DNA from: a virus
Taxonomy: Duplodnaviria > Caudoviricetes
Strand: one strand, 5' to 3'
DNA length: 64,000 bases
Virus record (IMG/VR): IMGVR_UViG_2622736508_000001
Shown: positions 36,995-46,963 of the stretch, in pieces
How the letters are laid out: each line of letters starts with the position of its first letter
Numbering within the stretch: the stretch's first letter is position 1
Program-made: the position numbers and the translations under genes
Notes under the pieces: generated by a model
What the model was told of the DNA's origin: nothing
Databases searched by the model: none
The model's input: only the letters and a program-made list of their open reading frames with translations

Positions 36995-37516
36995 TTAAAA
37001 AATCCCATCTATCCCGAATATTAAGGCGCTAAGGCGATCGCTTGCCCTATTGACATCGCGGTAATAGGTTTTTTGAGAAATATTTTCTTTTTTCATGATT
37101 TCTTCTATGCTGATATCTTCAAAATAAGTTGCTTTTAGCACCCTATGCCCCCTTCTTTCATCGGCTTTCCTTGCTTTTTGGCAGTATATTTCGTATATAT
37201 CCAGCATGGCATTAACGTGGGACACAATAATACTGGTTCGGGTGACACTACGCTTTATAGATTCTATGTATACGTCATCCTCTTTATCAAGTAACTCATC
37301 TAGAATATCAATAGCATTTTCTTTAGCCATTTTTATATCGTAAATGGCGTTTTTACAATGTTCTTGAAGAGCCTGAAAGTTATCCAGCAACAACTTAGTA
37401 TTACGCAATCTCTTATCATGCTTAGACTTTCTTTGCTCCTCGTCATACTCGCGAACGGCCTTGACGGCTAGCTTGATAATTTGTTCGTGTTTTGAGCTAA
37501 TTCGTTCTTTGTTCAT
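36995..37516 (-). CDS. ArpU/RinA-like late transcription activator
   Basis: RLRNTKLLL.NF motif and a C-terminal HTH (ISQKTYYRD); last early gene before the packaging module. Confidence 0.7.
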   Translation of the reverse strand: MNKERISSKHEQIIKLAVKAVREYDEEQRKSKHDKRLRNTKLLLDNFQALQEHCKNAIYDIKMAKENAIDILDELLDKEDDVYIESIKRSVTRTSIIVSHVNAMLDIYEIYCQKARKADERRGHRVLKATYFEDISIEEIMKKENISQKTYYRDVNRASDRLSALIFGIDGIF

Positions 37517-37576
37517 GCCATCACCCCTCTATCTATTTTAAGCTGGAAGGGCAGCGCGCGCCGCCCTCAGCACTAT

Positions 37577-37684
37577 TTATCTGCGAAACATTCCCGAAAA
37601 CCCGCAGGCTATAACCGATATGATAATTACAGAGCCTGCCCAATGCCAAAAGTCTTGAAAAACAAATTGAAGTATTTCAAGCAT
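37577..37684 (-). CDS. 35-aa single-TM peptide
   Basis: Manual translation: MLEILQFVFQDFWHWAGSVIIISVIACGFSGMFRR. RBS GGGAGG. Confidence 0.55.
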   Translation of the reverse strand: MLEILQFVFQDFWHWAGSVIIISVIACGFSGMFRR

Positions 37685-37698
37685 CAGCTTTCCTCCCT

Positions 37699-37785
37699 TC
37701 ACATAAAACCAAATAACTTTGCCATTCCATAGGCTGCCATTACCGGTAAGAACACTTCTGAAAACCAGCGATTAAAGTAGCTCAT
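37699..37785 (-). CDS. 28-aa hydrophobic peptide
   Basis: Manual translation: MSYFNRWFSEVFLPVMAAYGMAKLFGFM. RBS GGAGGGG. Confidence 0.45.
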   Translation of the reverse strand: MSYFNRWFSEVFLPVMAAYGMAKLFGFM

Positions 37786-37792
37786 TAACTAA

Positions 37793-38233
37793 TCACCCCT
37801 CCGCCTTCCTCATCGCCGCCGACATCGTATTTGCCGGCGGCTCCTGACCAAACAGTTCAAACAGTACCCGCGGCGTATAGCGGCGCTCCTTATTCACGTA
37901 AGCGACCTGCTTGCGGATATTTCCGCGCAGCTTGTCCATTTGCTTGAAAACGGATTCATGCTCTATAAAAAAGTCGTAAATCGGCATCAGTATCGTAAGG
38001 TTGTCCTTTAAATCCCGGCGCTTGATGCGTAACTCCTTGATTTTTTTTGACATTTTTCCGCCAACTCTGACCGGGAAATCATTTATCTCAAGCCAGTGGT
38101 CAATATCCATGATCGCCGCCTGGCAACGGTCAATCTCTTCCTGCAGAATCCCTATAGTAGCCGGCATAGTTCTGACTATTGCCCCAAGTTCTTCGATAAC
38201 CTGCCGGATTTTAGCTGTTTCTTTGGATTCCAT
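37793..38233 (-). CDS. Coiled-coil phage hypothetical protein
   Basis: ORF with GGGAGGG RBS; R.YTPRVL motif. Confidence 0.6.
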   Translation of the reverse strand: MESKETAKIRQVIEELGAIVRTMPATIGILQEEIDRCQAAIMDIDHWLEINDFPVRVGGKMSKKIKELRIKRRDLKDNLTILMPIYDFFIEHESVFKQMDKLRGNIRKQVAYVNKERRYTPRVLFELFGQEPPANTMSAAMRKAEG

Positions 38234-38247
38234 CAGCGTCCCTCCCG

Positions 38248-39729
38248 TCACTCAAGCAAATTGCATGGGTCCGCATAACGCTTGTCGCGGCCCGTGTACT
38301 TAAATCCTCGATAAGATTCCTGCGGCGCTTGGTCTGGCAGTGCAGGATTGCTCTCTGTCAATGCAGATAACTCAGAAGCACGCCCAGAATATCCATCGTT
38401 ACGCTCCACCCAATACCGGTTTGTCAGTAGCGTGGCCGCTGCTCCATCCATTGGGTCCGGAACCAGCGCCGCCTTGCGATCGGCGAACACCGTCTCATTG
38501 CAATTTCGGCAGCGCGCCTTATACCGGCCGGCGTTCATGCTACAAAAATACTCTGCACCGCACTTGCACTCCACGCGGTACCGCTCGCGGGCGGTGGTGT
38601 CGATCCCAGGGGGAAATTGCTGTGCTTGAGGTTTTACTGTCGGCCTCTCTGCCTGCCGCTGCCAACTCCCGTCTTCAAGCCCAATAACCTGCATCGATAC
38701 AACCTGCTGCATATCAATTACAACCAGTTCATCTTGCATTTGCTTAGCGCAAATTGCGCGGGCAGCCGGTTCCGGGTTTTGGAGTTCGAATAAAAGGTTC
38801 ATGGCCATGTACTCAGTAAGAAAAAGGTCTAATTTTTGACCATTGACCAGAGTAACGAGGACAGGCAGACGATCCTGCTCGTCCCATACTGATTGCCGCT
38901 CGCCTTCCTGCGGTTCAATCTCGATGCAGGCTGTAGCGTTTTCGGAAATTTGCCGGTGAAGATCGGTAAGCGCTTTATTGGCTATACCCAGTTTTTCTTC
39001 ACAAAAGGTAACCCGATCCCGAAGTAAATGTATTTCCGCAATAAGGTCAGCCGGACTCGGATTTTCCGGGCGGCCCTCTTCACAGTAAAGGATCTCAAGT
39101 AATTCAGCCTTCAGCTGGTTATATTCTGCCAATTGCTCTTCCAGGCTTGCAGCTTTTATTTTCGTGGCAGCGAGTTCAGATACAGCCATATTGTACGCTT
39201 CGGCCGGAACAGTATCATCAACCACTTGCTGCAGCTCCTCAGCTTCTGACGTTCCCACATAGCTGTATTGGCATTTCTCCTTAGCCTCCGGATCAATCGG
39301 GTAAACGCCGTATTTTGTAAGAATGCTGCGAATCAGGCATTCCTGATACTGTTCGCTGCAGCACCGCTTGCATGTAGTTTCTATAACCGCGCAATACCAG
39401 TCTTCAAAATCCTGAATTTGCATTGGGATAATGGTCTTGAGTGCCAGCATTTCCGCATGGGCTTTTTTCGCCTCCTGTCGCGGCACGCATATAAATTCGA
39501 GCTTGGCTAATTGCTTCGCGAACTCTATTTTTACATCAGAGTCCAGAGCATCGCCGCGCATCGTCAGGGCCTTGGCCAGCATGGAACGGCCCATGCGGAG
39601 GTATTTTAAAAACTCGGGATCTGTACTTTTGGCAGATGCATAACCGTTTATCGTTTCCTCGATCAGGGCTACCAGCGCGGTAGCCCGAACGAAGCTTTGT
39701 TTTTCTTCACGAGATAAGTATGCGTTCAA
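38248..39729 (-). CDS. Phage hypothetical protein (DUF5651-like N-terminus; Cys-rich zinc motifs)
   Basis: YLSREEK N-terminus, CKRC..C and CKCG..YFC..CRNC clusters. The DUF name is recalled from memory. Confidence 0.55.
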   Translation of the reverse strand: MNAYLSREEKQSFVRATALVALIEETINGYASAKSTDPEFLKYLRMGRSMLAKALTMRGDALDSDVKIEFAKQLAKLEFICVPRQEAKKAHAEMLALKTIIPMQIQDFEDWYCAVIETTCKRCCSEQYQECLIRSILTKYGVYPIDPEAKEKCQYSYVGTSEAEELQQVVDDTVPAEAYNMAVSELAATKIKAASLEEQLAEYNQLKAELLEILYCEEGRPENPSPADLIAEIHLLRDRVTFCEEKLGIANKALTDLHRQISENATACIEIEPQEGERQSVWDEQDRLPVLVTLVNGQKLDLFLTEYMAMNLLFELQNPEPAARAICAKQMQDELVVIDMQQVVSMQVIGLEDGSWQRQAERPTVKPQAQQFPPGIDTTARERYRVECKCGAEYFCSMNAGRYKARCRNCNETVFADRKAALVPDPMDGAAATLLTNRYWVERNDGYSGRASELSALTESNPALPDQAPQESYRGFKYTGRDKRYADPCNLLE

Positions 39730-39732
39730 GGT

Positions 39733-39993
39733 TTATTCCTCCTCCTCAATCAAGCATACTTCCCGATCCATAACTCTAATCTTAATACCCATATCCTTCA
39801 ACGCCCCATACCCCTCCACAAAATTTGCATCAATCATGCCACGTGCTTCTAATTGAGCAAGATGTTCTGCATGTTCTTCGATGGTATCAAATTCATAGAA
39901 ATATCTGCTGAAATTGTCCATGAAATTCTTATCAAATTTGCTGTCGTCAGTTTCCACTTCGACAGTGATTATTACCTCAACGGTTCGCTTCAT
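39733..39993 (-). CDS. Hypothetical protein
   Basis: 86-aa ORF coupled to its neighbours. Confidence 0.6.
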   Translation of the reverse strand: MKRTVEVIITVEVETDDSKFDKNFMDNFSRYFYEFDTIEEHAEHLAQLEARGMIDANFVEGYGALKDMGIKIRVMDREVCLIEEEE

Positions 39994-40535
39994 TTCCCCA
40001 CCCCCAAGCACGCGCTGCACAGATCCGGCCTAACCCAATAGCAGCCGCCAGGGCAGGCGTGATTGTCGGTGCAGCCGCAGATCTGGCAGCGGGGGACAGC
40101 CGGTTCCGCTTCGGCCTCAATCTCAGCGATAATCCGCTCAACTGCAGTTTTATCATCCTCATTTTGGAAACTGAATACCCCTTCCGGTTCCAACCGGTAC
40201 TTAATGCCAGCAGCATTTATTGCATTGATAATTTTTGTGATAATATCCTCATCTGCCGCGGTTCCGCCTGCAATTAGCTCATCGATCGCGTCACGCCAGC
40301 CGCAAGTGTAAGGAATGCCGTATTGGGCGAGCCAGGGCTCCATTGTCTCCACATTTTCCTTTCTGCGGAGGTTTATTATATTTTTTAGACTGGCATTCTC
40401 AGCTTGAAGCGCCAATATAATCTGATTTGCCAGCAGCATCTGATTGCCATGCTGAATAATTGTCTCCGGCTCAGGGCTGAACTCTATTTGCAATGCCTGT
40501 TTCCATTCCTCAAGTAGCTGCTTAAGATTTTTCAT
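39990..40535 (-). CDS. Hypothetical protein with a C-terminal Cys cluster
   Basis: CQICGCTDNHACPGGCYWVRPDLCSAC. Confidence 0.6.
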   Translation of the reverse strand: MKNLKQLLEEWKQALQIEFSPEPETIIQHGNQMLLANQIILALQAENASLKNIINLRRKENVETMEPWLAQYGIPYTCGWRDAIDELIAGGTAADEDIITKIINAINAAGIKYRLEPEGVFSFQNEDDKTAVERIIAEIEAEAEPAVPRCQICGCTDNHACPGGCYWVRPDLCSACLGVGK

Positions 40536-40586
40536 TTTCTTCTCCTTTTGGTTAACGGGCTTACCCATATCTTAAGCTTGTCGAGT

Positions 40587-40862
40587 TTAGCCATTATGCT
40601 CACTCTCCCATTCTTCAAGCTGTTCTAAAATATCCAGGATCTCATATTCATCCGATTCCCACGAGAGCCGTTCGATCAAATTCAGTACGACATGATCACG
40701 CCCAAGTTCGGGAAATTTATCCTCAACCTGAAATTCAAAGCTCTCCTTGTCCAACTTTCGGCCATCTTCGCACCACAACATAGAAAAATCAAATGTTTCG
40801 CCCTTGAACACCAGTTCAAACTTTTCTATGCCATTTTCGTAAGTTTTTGTAAGTTTAGCCAC
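40587..40862 (-). CDS. Hypothetical protein
   Basis: 91-aa acidic ORF coupled to the BRO gene stop. Confidence 0.55.
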   Translation of the reverse strand: MAKLTKTYENGIEKFELVFKGETFDFSMLWCEDGRKLDKESFEFQVEDKFPELGRDHVVLNLIERLSWESDEYEILDILEQLEEWESEHNG

Positions 40863-41776
40863 TATTCTTCCTCCTCATCGTCATACTCATATCCCTGCAT
40901 ATACCGATCGATCTCCTCAATCAGCTCTTTCTTCCAGCGGAACGAATATGGCTGCCGGAAATTCCGGCCAGCGACATTGAGCACTTCCTCCGCGACTTCG
41001 CGACCGGCATCTGTAAGGCGCATCACCGGTCTTTTCAGGTACTTATTCCGGGTTGGCATATCCTCAAACCTGATATATCCCCGGTACCGAAGCGTGCCGT
41101 AAAAGAAGCGCTGGCCGTGGCCGTACAGGCTGACCGCCTCCCGAACGGTCAAGTACTCTTCGTTGTGATGGGCAAAGCCGCTGCTTACCTGATCGGAATG
41201 CCTGTCCATCTCGCCTTGAATGGCGATTTGTTCGCGAAACTTGTCCATCATTTCAAGAAAAGCGTCATCACCAGTGGTGTCAGCAAATATTTCCGTGACC
41301 GCCAGGGCGATCTCGTTATGGTTTTCGTTGGCAAAGGTACTGGTAAAGGCTTGCTGTTTTGCTTTTTGCGCAACGCTTGTAATAATGTTTAAGGCAGGAA
41401 GTAGTGCTCTTGGCGCTGTTTCGTGGAGCTCATACTTGCCGGTCTCATGAATGCTCGGCAAAACAATATCGAATATCCAGCTTTCAAAGCGCTCTGCTTT
41501 GGCCTTAATTTCAAGATTGCGGCTCTGATCGGCGGCGTGAACAATGAGACGGTAGACATCGCCAATAGGAATGATTTTTGTTTCCCGTTCTCTGCCGAGC
41601 GCATCGGTTACCGGGTAAGTTACACCCCCACGGCAATGGTCTCGAACCGCCCGATTATAATCTTCGTACTCCAAAATCTTTGCAACGTCATTCCCCACCA
41701 CGTATTTCCTGTCATCGTATTTCACAACCCGAACAGATCCAAATTCAGGATTATTAAAAATCATTAGATTTTTCAT
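40862..41776 (-). CDS. BRO-N family antirepressor
   Basis: FNNPEFGSVR...VGNDVAKILEY...FESWIFDIVLPSIHETGKY. Confidence 0.85.
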   Translation of the reverse strand: MKNLMIFNNPEFGSVRVVKYDDRKYVVGNDVAKILEYEDYNRAVRDHCRGGVTYPVTDALGRERETKIIPIGDVYRLIVHAADQSRNLEIKAKAERFESWIFDIVLPSIHETGKYELHETAPRALLPALNIITSVAQKAKQQAFTSTFANENHNEIALAVTEIFADTTGDDAFLEMMDKFREQIAIQGEMDRHSDQVSSGFAHHNEEYLTVREAVSLYGHGQRFFYGTLRYRGYIRFEDMPTRNKYLKRPVMRLTDAGREVAEEVLNVAGRNFRQPYSFRWKKELIEEIDRYMQGYEYDDEEEE

Positions 41777-41806
41777 GTTTCCTCACTCTCCCCAATTTAT
41801 TTATGT

Positions 41807-42277
41807 TTATTCTGTCTCCCAGGCGTCCCACATCTTGCTTTTCAGCTTTCGCAGCTCCGCCAGTAACTGCTTGAACTGCCCCGAATGCGGCCTTAGCCAG
41901 CGTTCCGCCTCGGCCTTGTACTCCTCTTGAGAGCGAAACCCAGAGTCCCCAGAAGCATCGAGGTGCGGCCGGAGTACATACGCCCCTGAATGCGCTACCG
42001 GCAGCAGCCTGGCCCCAATGCAGCGGAATCCCAGGAGAGCCTCCCAGAGCTTAGGCTCTAACTTGTCGGCCAGCGCCAGGAGCGTAACCCAGAGTTCAGC
42101 ATCATCATCGATGTCCGGCCGGGGATCCATGTATACTTTGCCGAAGCTATTGCGGTACACCGGCTTACCCAGTTCACGGTAGGTAGCATATTTCACCGAT
42201 GCCTCAGGCGGCGCTGATTCTGTCTGCTGCGGCTTAACCGCATTCCCAAAGAGATCATTCTGCAGGGCTAATCCCAT
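41807..42277 (-). CDS. Phage hypothetical protein
   Basis: 156-aa ORF with AGGAGG RBS. Confidence 0.6.
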   Translation of the reverse strand: MGLALQNDLFGNAVKPQQTESAPPEASVKYATYRELGKPVYRNSFGKVYMDPRPDIDDDAELWVTLLALADKLEPKLWEALLGFRCIGARLLPVAHSGAYVLRPHLDASGDSGFRSQEEYKAEAERWLRPHSGQFKQLLAELRKLKSKMWDAWETE

Positions 42278-42297
42278 AACAATACCTCCTTAAAATA

Positions 42298-42580
42298 AAG
42301 TTGAAACAAAACCGCAAAGTTGAAACAAAGTTGAAATTCACAAATCCAGCAATATCAAGCCTCGCGAGCATTATTTTCAACTGTTTCAACTTTTTCAACC
42401 TTTTTTGCCTCGCACACATGCGCGCGTCGTGCGCGTGCGTGTGCGCGCATGTGTGCGCGCGTATAGGGACATGTAAAAGTAAGTTGAAAAGTTGAAAACC
42501 ATTTAATAAATCCATATTTTATCAGGGTTCAAGGCGCTTCAACCATGCTTCAACCGCACTTCAACTGCTTCAACTTTTCA
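42298..42580. repeat. Probable replication origin: 12 GTTGAA/TTCAAC iterons around a GC-rich inverted repeat
   Basis: GTTGAA at 42300, 42319, 42330, 42483, 42491. TTCAAC at 42376, 42385, 42394, 42538, 42549, 42560, 42569. 15-bp perfect inverted repeat at 42411-42425/42443-42457. Lies just downstream of the primase-helicase gene. Confidence 0.75.
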
Positions 42581-42608
42581 CCCCTTTTTAGCCCCCAAGA
42601 TTACATAA

Positions 42609-45131
42609 TCAATCAATTTCAAGCGTTTTTTTCAGGACAATCATGCGAATTGATTTGTCTTTCCATCGCTTCATCACGCTGAAAGTCATTTTGCCGCCGC
42701 CGGCGCTTTGCGCATCGATGAACCCTTTTTCATAGAACTCTCTAAGCACCCGGCTGACCGAGTAACCCGCTTCGGTCAACACCTTTTTGTAAATACTTGG
42801 TACAAGCCAGTATTGATTTAGCAGTGAATCGTAATATCCATATTGCTCTTGGTGGCATTTCTCTCTGAACCGATCATCATTTGACGCGATCCAGGCCGCC
42901 GTGAAATCCCAAGCCCGGTCAACGTAGTCAGTTTCCTGTGATGTACTCAAAAGATCCACTCCCGCCACCGCCATTCGGATCATTTCCTCCTTGGCCTGCT
43001 CTTCGGTAATGCCCCAAACCCACTGCCGCGCCCAATAATGCGCTACACTCAACACGGCGATCGCGCTAATGTGCGGCTGTGCAATATGCGGCCATTTATC
43101 CTGGAGCTGCCGGTAAACATTGGAATACTCCTTGTGGAAAAAATCTTTCTCCCTGCGCAACTCCTCCAGAACATGTTTCATAAAGATTACCCCGGCATGC
43201 CCATAATGCAGGTCCGTCACCCGGTGGACGTTGCTGGCCTCTTTTTCGTCCGGCAGCGGGATCCCGTAGAGCTCCAGCGCCCGGGTCCGCACGCCGGAAT
43301 GCGAAGTGTCGCCGGCCAGGCTTTCCTCACCGGTGGTTAAGACCACCAAATTCCAAAAAGCCTTGGCTTGCAGCCCGCCGCCCTTGTCGCCGCGGGTTTT
43401 GCCCTGGCCAGCCGATACAGCATAGACCAGCTTATCCAGAAATTCCTGCTTGTCGCCGGCCAGCTGCCGCTCATCCACACCCAGAGGCAAATTGTTTAAA
43501 AACTGGCAGGTTCTTTCAAGTCCGACTTGCGTTGCGTTAAAACTGACCATGATCCGTTCCGGATTGCCCCAGACGCTGAGTGCCGCCTTCATGGCCGCGG
43601 TCTTGCCGCCCTTAGACGCGCCCCAGACATGAATAATAAAGTTACGGTGGCCGATAATCTGCAAGAGTGGCGAAGCAAAGCTGCCGGCCAGCATGAGCTG
43701 CGCAATCGGGTTTTGGATGACGTACTCCATGCAGGTCTTCCATACATCGAAATCACCGGCTTTTTCAAAACCGTTGACTAAAAAGTGCATGCCGCGTTTG
43801 GCATCCATATCAAGCGCGATTTCTCCGGCGTGTCCCGGTAAAAATTGATCTTTTCCCAACCAGCCTAGGTGAGACACTGAATGCACGGTTGGTAAAAACT
43901 CCATATTTGCCGCCTCCATGTCGAATAAATAAGATACCATTTCTTTCGCGTTCTTGCTGGATACCGGCATACCAGTATTGGCTAATTCCGCAATTTTCGA
44001 GTACTGAAACAGCGTGGCTTTTTCTGCTTTTATGGATTCCCATTTCCCATGGCGCCGCCAGGCGACTTCCAGCTTTTCGGTCTGCGTATCAACGTCTTGC
44101 AGCCGCTTGGTTATGATAACTGGCAGCGGTGATATTTTTTCCTCTATGCCTTTTTCGTCTAAGCCGTATACACCATACTCAGAATATCGCCAATTCTCTG
44201 GCCGGATTGGAGTAAAAGGCTGATCGTCAATGACCTTTTCGGCCAGGCAGGACGCGATTCGGATGTCGAGTGGGTTGGCCATGTTTATTGCCGCAGCCCA
44301 CTGCTCCTTAAAAACATCCTGACCAGCCAGGTGCAGATCAGAAGGATCCTTGTGACTCTGCAAAAGTAATAAATAGACCTTGCCCGAGAAATGATTCTCA
44401 AGTAGTCCCTTGCAGACTTTTTTAATAAAAATCTCACCACTTTGTTCAGGTTCTTTGTATAAATATACATTAAGACCTTCAAAATGCTGTGCCCAGCGCG
44501 GCTGAAAAGTATCTGCACCTGGCACACCTAATGCGGGAATATCATGCTCCCAGAGCGTATGGCAATCTGATTCGCCCTCCACAATGATGATATAGCCTTT
44601 TTCTTTGGCTATGCGCAGCATCCATAGGCCGTAGGGCGTGACCTTGGAACCCCTTACCCAGGTAAATCTAGGCCCTCCCTTAAGTGAGTGCCGGTACCGG
44701 GTGGCCATCAGGTTGCCCTTTTCATCCATATAGGGAAGAACCATACCTTTATGCGAATTTTTGATGCCGTATGATTGCAGCTTTTCGATGTCCAGCCGCT
44801 TAACTGTTGCATACTCCTCAATTGTAAATTTAGGCCTTCTCGCACTTGTCTTTGACGCAGCAGGCTTAATGCCGGCAAAGTCCATAATGGTCTTGGTAGC
44901 CTCTTCCTTGGACATGCTTTTATATTCCTGTAAAAACGTCCAGGCGTTTCCGCTCGCGCCGCAGGACAGGCATTTATATTGACCTGTTTTAATCTTGATG
45001 CCAAAACTAGGATTTTTTTCATTATGAAAAGGGCAAAGGCCATGCAGCTCATCGCCCTTTGGTTTAAGTCCTGGTAAATACTGCGAATAAAATTGTTTCC
45101 AGTCAACGAGTTTATCTATATCCTCTTGCAC
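42609..45131 (-). CDS. DNA primase (CHC2 zinc finger + TOPRIM) fused to a DUF927/SF3-like helicase
   Basis: CPFHNEKNPSF..C..C, IIVEGESDC, KDPSD, GASKGGKT Walker A, DERQ Walker B. Confidence 0.88.
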   Translation of the reverse strand: MQEDIDKLVDWKQFYSQYLPGLKPKGDELHGLCPFHNEKNPSFGIKIKTGQYKCLSCGASGNAWTFLQEYKSMSKEEATKTIMDFAGIKPAASKTSARRPKFTIEEYATVKRLDIEKLQSYGIKNSHKGMVLPYMDEKGNLMATRYRHSLKGGPRFTWVRGSKVTPYGLWMLRIAKEKGYIIIVEGESDCHTLWEHDIPALGVPGADTFQPRWAQHFEGLNVYLYKEPEQSGEIFIKKVCKGLLENHFSGKVYLLLLQSHKDPSDLHLAGQDVFKEQWAAAINMANPLDIRIASCLAEKVIDDQPFTPIRPENWRYSEYGVYGLDEKGIEEKISPLPVIITKRLQDVDTQTEKLEVAWRRHGKWESIKAEKATLFQYSKIAELANTGMPVSSKNAKEMVSYLFDMEAANMEFLPTVHSVSHLGWLGKDQFLPGHAGEIALDMDAKRGMHFLVNGFEKAGDFDVWKTCMEYVIQNPIAQLMLAGSFASPLLQIIGHRNFIIHVWGASKGGKTAAMKAALSVWGNPERIMVSFNATQVGLERTCQFLNNLPLGVDERQLAGDKQEFLDKLVYAVSAGQGKTRGDKGGGLQAKAFWNLVVLTTGEESLAGDTSHSGVRTRALELYGIPLPDEKEASNVHRVTDLHYGHAGVIFMKHVLEELRREKDFFHKEYSNVYRQLQDKWPHIAQPHISAIAVLSVAHYWARQWVWGITEEQAKEEMIRMAVAGVDLLSTSQETDYVDRAWDFTAAWIASNDDRFREKCHQEQYGYYDSLLNQYWLVPSIYKKVLTEAGYSVSRVLREFYEKGFIDAQSAGGGKMTFSVMKRWKDKSIRMIVLKKTLEID

Positions 45132-45263
45132 ATTTCTTCTCCCCCCTCTTCCAGGGTCAACACAAAAACGATTAATTCTGCTGGCTATTTATCGACTAAC
45201 AAAGCGGCTAACTCACAAGTAGCAGCTGCAATAATCTCCTTTTCTTTACCCCGAAATCTTATA

Positions 45264-45527
45264 TCACGCATTAGCTTCACGCTCCTTAACCTTCGCATAA
45301 TACTCCCACCAAACACTTCCCTCAAGATGCTGCACGCGGCTCGGATGAGGCTCCACAGGTTTAATCAGTACCAATCCTTTAGTCGCAATCCGCTGCATGA
45401 TCAATTCTACGGCCTGTTCAAAAGTTTCGGCCACCACACGCCCGGGCAGCAACATAAAGCTATTGGCAGAGCAGGCAGCTTTGCCTGCCCCCTTATCCTT
45501 CGGTACCGGTATCATTGCTCTCGACAA
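45264..45527 (-). CDS. Hypothetical protein
   Basis: 87-aa ORF in operon context. Confidence 0.45.
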   Translation of the reverse strand: MSRAMIPVPKDKGAGKAACSANSFMLLPGRVVAETFEQAVELIMQRIATKGLVLIKPVEPHPSRVQHLEGSVWWEYYAKVKEREANA

Positions 45528-46125
45528 CCTCTATATCAATAAAATCTGTTTCTTCAGTTTCATCCGCTTCTGGCGCCTCCAGTTGCTTAGGCGCTGAACC
45601 TACGATCTGTAAGGTTGGCCTGCCGGGCAGCTCCGCCAGATCCGGCCCGCCTGGAAGTTCCGGTAATTCTTCCGCTGGTTCGGGCTCTTGTAAATCGAGT
45701 TCCGTTTGATTCAAAAGGGTTTCCATTTTGCGTAAAGCTTTGGACCATAATCCATGGCGCCGGATAATTGCGTAAAAATCCTCTACGTCATGGCCCTGGA
45801 TATACCAAACTTTGTTACCGGCGTCATCGGTACCGGCCGAGCAGTGCTGCAGTTCATGGTCTAAGAGTGCATGCTTTTCTTTGCCGTTAAGCTGATCCCA
45901 CACGTCGCGATGGATAATGATGATAAAATCATATCCGGTTAAGAAATTGACTTCCTTCCCGACTTTCTTGGCTTGTCCCCATGTTTCGCGCTTTTTGACT
46001 TCCCAGTTGCCGGTCCGGAACAGATACTTTATATCTGCCTCAATAAGATGGCTATGGGTTTCCTCAATTAGCTCTCTGGCTATTTCTTTTAGCTCCTCTG
46101 AAGCCTCATAAAATTCGGCTGCCAT
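45493..46125 (-). CDS. Putative phage metallopeptidase with an acidic tail
   Basis: ALLDHELQHC (HExxH) and GHDVEDF...RRHGLW. Confidence 0.75.
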   Translation of the reverse strand: MAAEFYEASEELKEIARELIEETHSHLIEADIKYLFRTGNWEVKKRETWGQAKKVGKEVNFLTGYDFIIIIHRDVWDQLNGKEKHALLDHELQHCSAGTDDAGNKVWYIQGHDVEDFYAIIRRHGLWSKALRKMETLLNQTELDLQEPEPAEELPELPGGPDLAELPGRPTLQIVGSAPKQLEAPEADETEETDFIDIEVVESNDTGTEG

Positions 46126-46129
46126 ATCT

Positions 46130-46948
46130 TCACTCTCCCTGTATATTTATGCAATTTAGTTTTAAATGGACGCATCTTTTTCTGCCGTAAAACGTACTGT
46201 GATGCGTGTAATTTTTCTTATGGATGCCGTTATTCCAGCCATAGGCCACCCGCAGCATTCCCCGTTCGTCAAGTTCCCTCAGTAATGCCGTTCGGTCGAT
46301 GTCCAGCCTTTCGCATATCCTGCGTTCTTCCGAGGGAGGAAGTATTAGATAATTTCCCTGAACATGATACCTGTTTACCCTTCTAGCGACATCCTGAAGG
46401 AATAAATCTACGTCCCTGTCCAAATCATGGTGCAGGGCTTTCCCCTGTACCTCCGGCGCTTCCAGCACGGCCAGAATGGCGCTGTAATCGGCGCCCGATT
46501 CCTCGGCGGCATCCATAACCGCAAGCCGGCGCAGTTCGAGCTGTTGCGGTTTAGAAAGACCTTTGCTGAGTTTGGTAGCTGTATCGAGATGGCGCCTCAG
46601 AATTGCGTTAGGATTATCATATAGGCTGTATTTGCCGGTTTTTCGAATCGTTGGCAGAACTTCGTGAGTAATCCAACGCTTAAATGCTTTGGCTTCGAGC
46701 TTTCGACTTCCAATGATCAAAGAGTAGAGTCCAGGTTCATTAACAAAAACCATTTCCTGCTCTCCTCCAGGGGTCTGCGTTAAACGCAGCACCTTCTCAT
46801 CATCATCAAGTCGACGAAGTTGAGTAGAATCAATTTCTAAAATCTCACATAGATCCTTGCCGCAAAATAATGGCTCGCTGCATTGAGTAATGGTCCTCAC
46901 TATTTGCCCTTGATATTCAAAGATTTGCTTAAGCTGTCTCATAGACAT
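46130..46948 (-). CDS. Second BRO-N family antirepressor
   Basis: FEYQGQIVRTI..FCGKDLC..VNEPGLYSLI..SRK.EAKAFKRWITHEVLPTIRKTGKY. Confidence 0.85.
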   Translation of the reverse strand: MSMRQLKQIFEYQGQIVRTITQCSEPLFCGKDLCEILEIDSTQLRRLDDDEKVLRLTQTPGGEQEMVFVNEPGLYSLIIGSRKLEAKAFKRWITHEVLPTIRKTGKYSLYDNPNAILRRHLDTATKLSKGLSKPQQLELRRLAVMDAAEESGADYSAILAVLEAPEVQGKALHHDLDRDVDLFLQDVARRVNRYHVQGNYLILPPSEERRICERLDIDRTALLRELDERGMLRVAYGWNNGIHKKNYTHHSTFYGRKRCVHLKLNCINIQGE

Positions 46949-46963
46949 TCCCCGCTGTTCACC

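Noticed and set aside
42255-42515. ORFs 42255-42515 (-) and 42301-42495 (+)
   Set aside because: They are translations of the iteron and alternating repeats of the origin.
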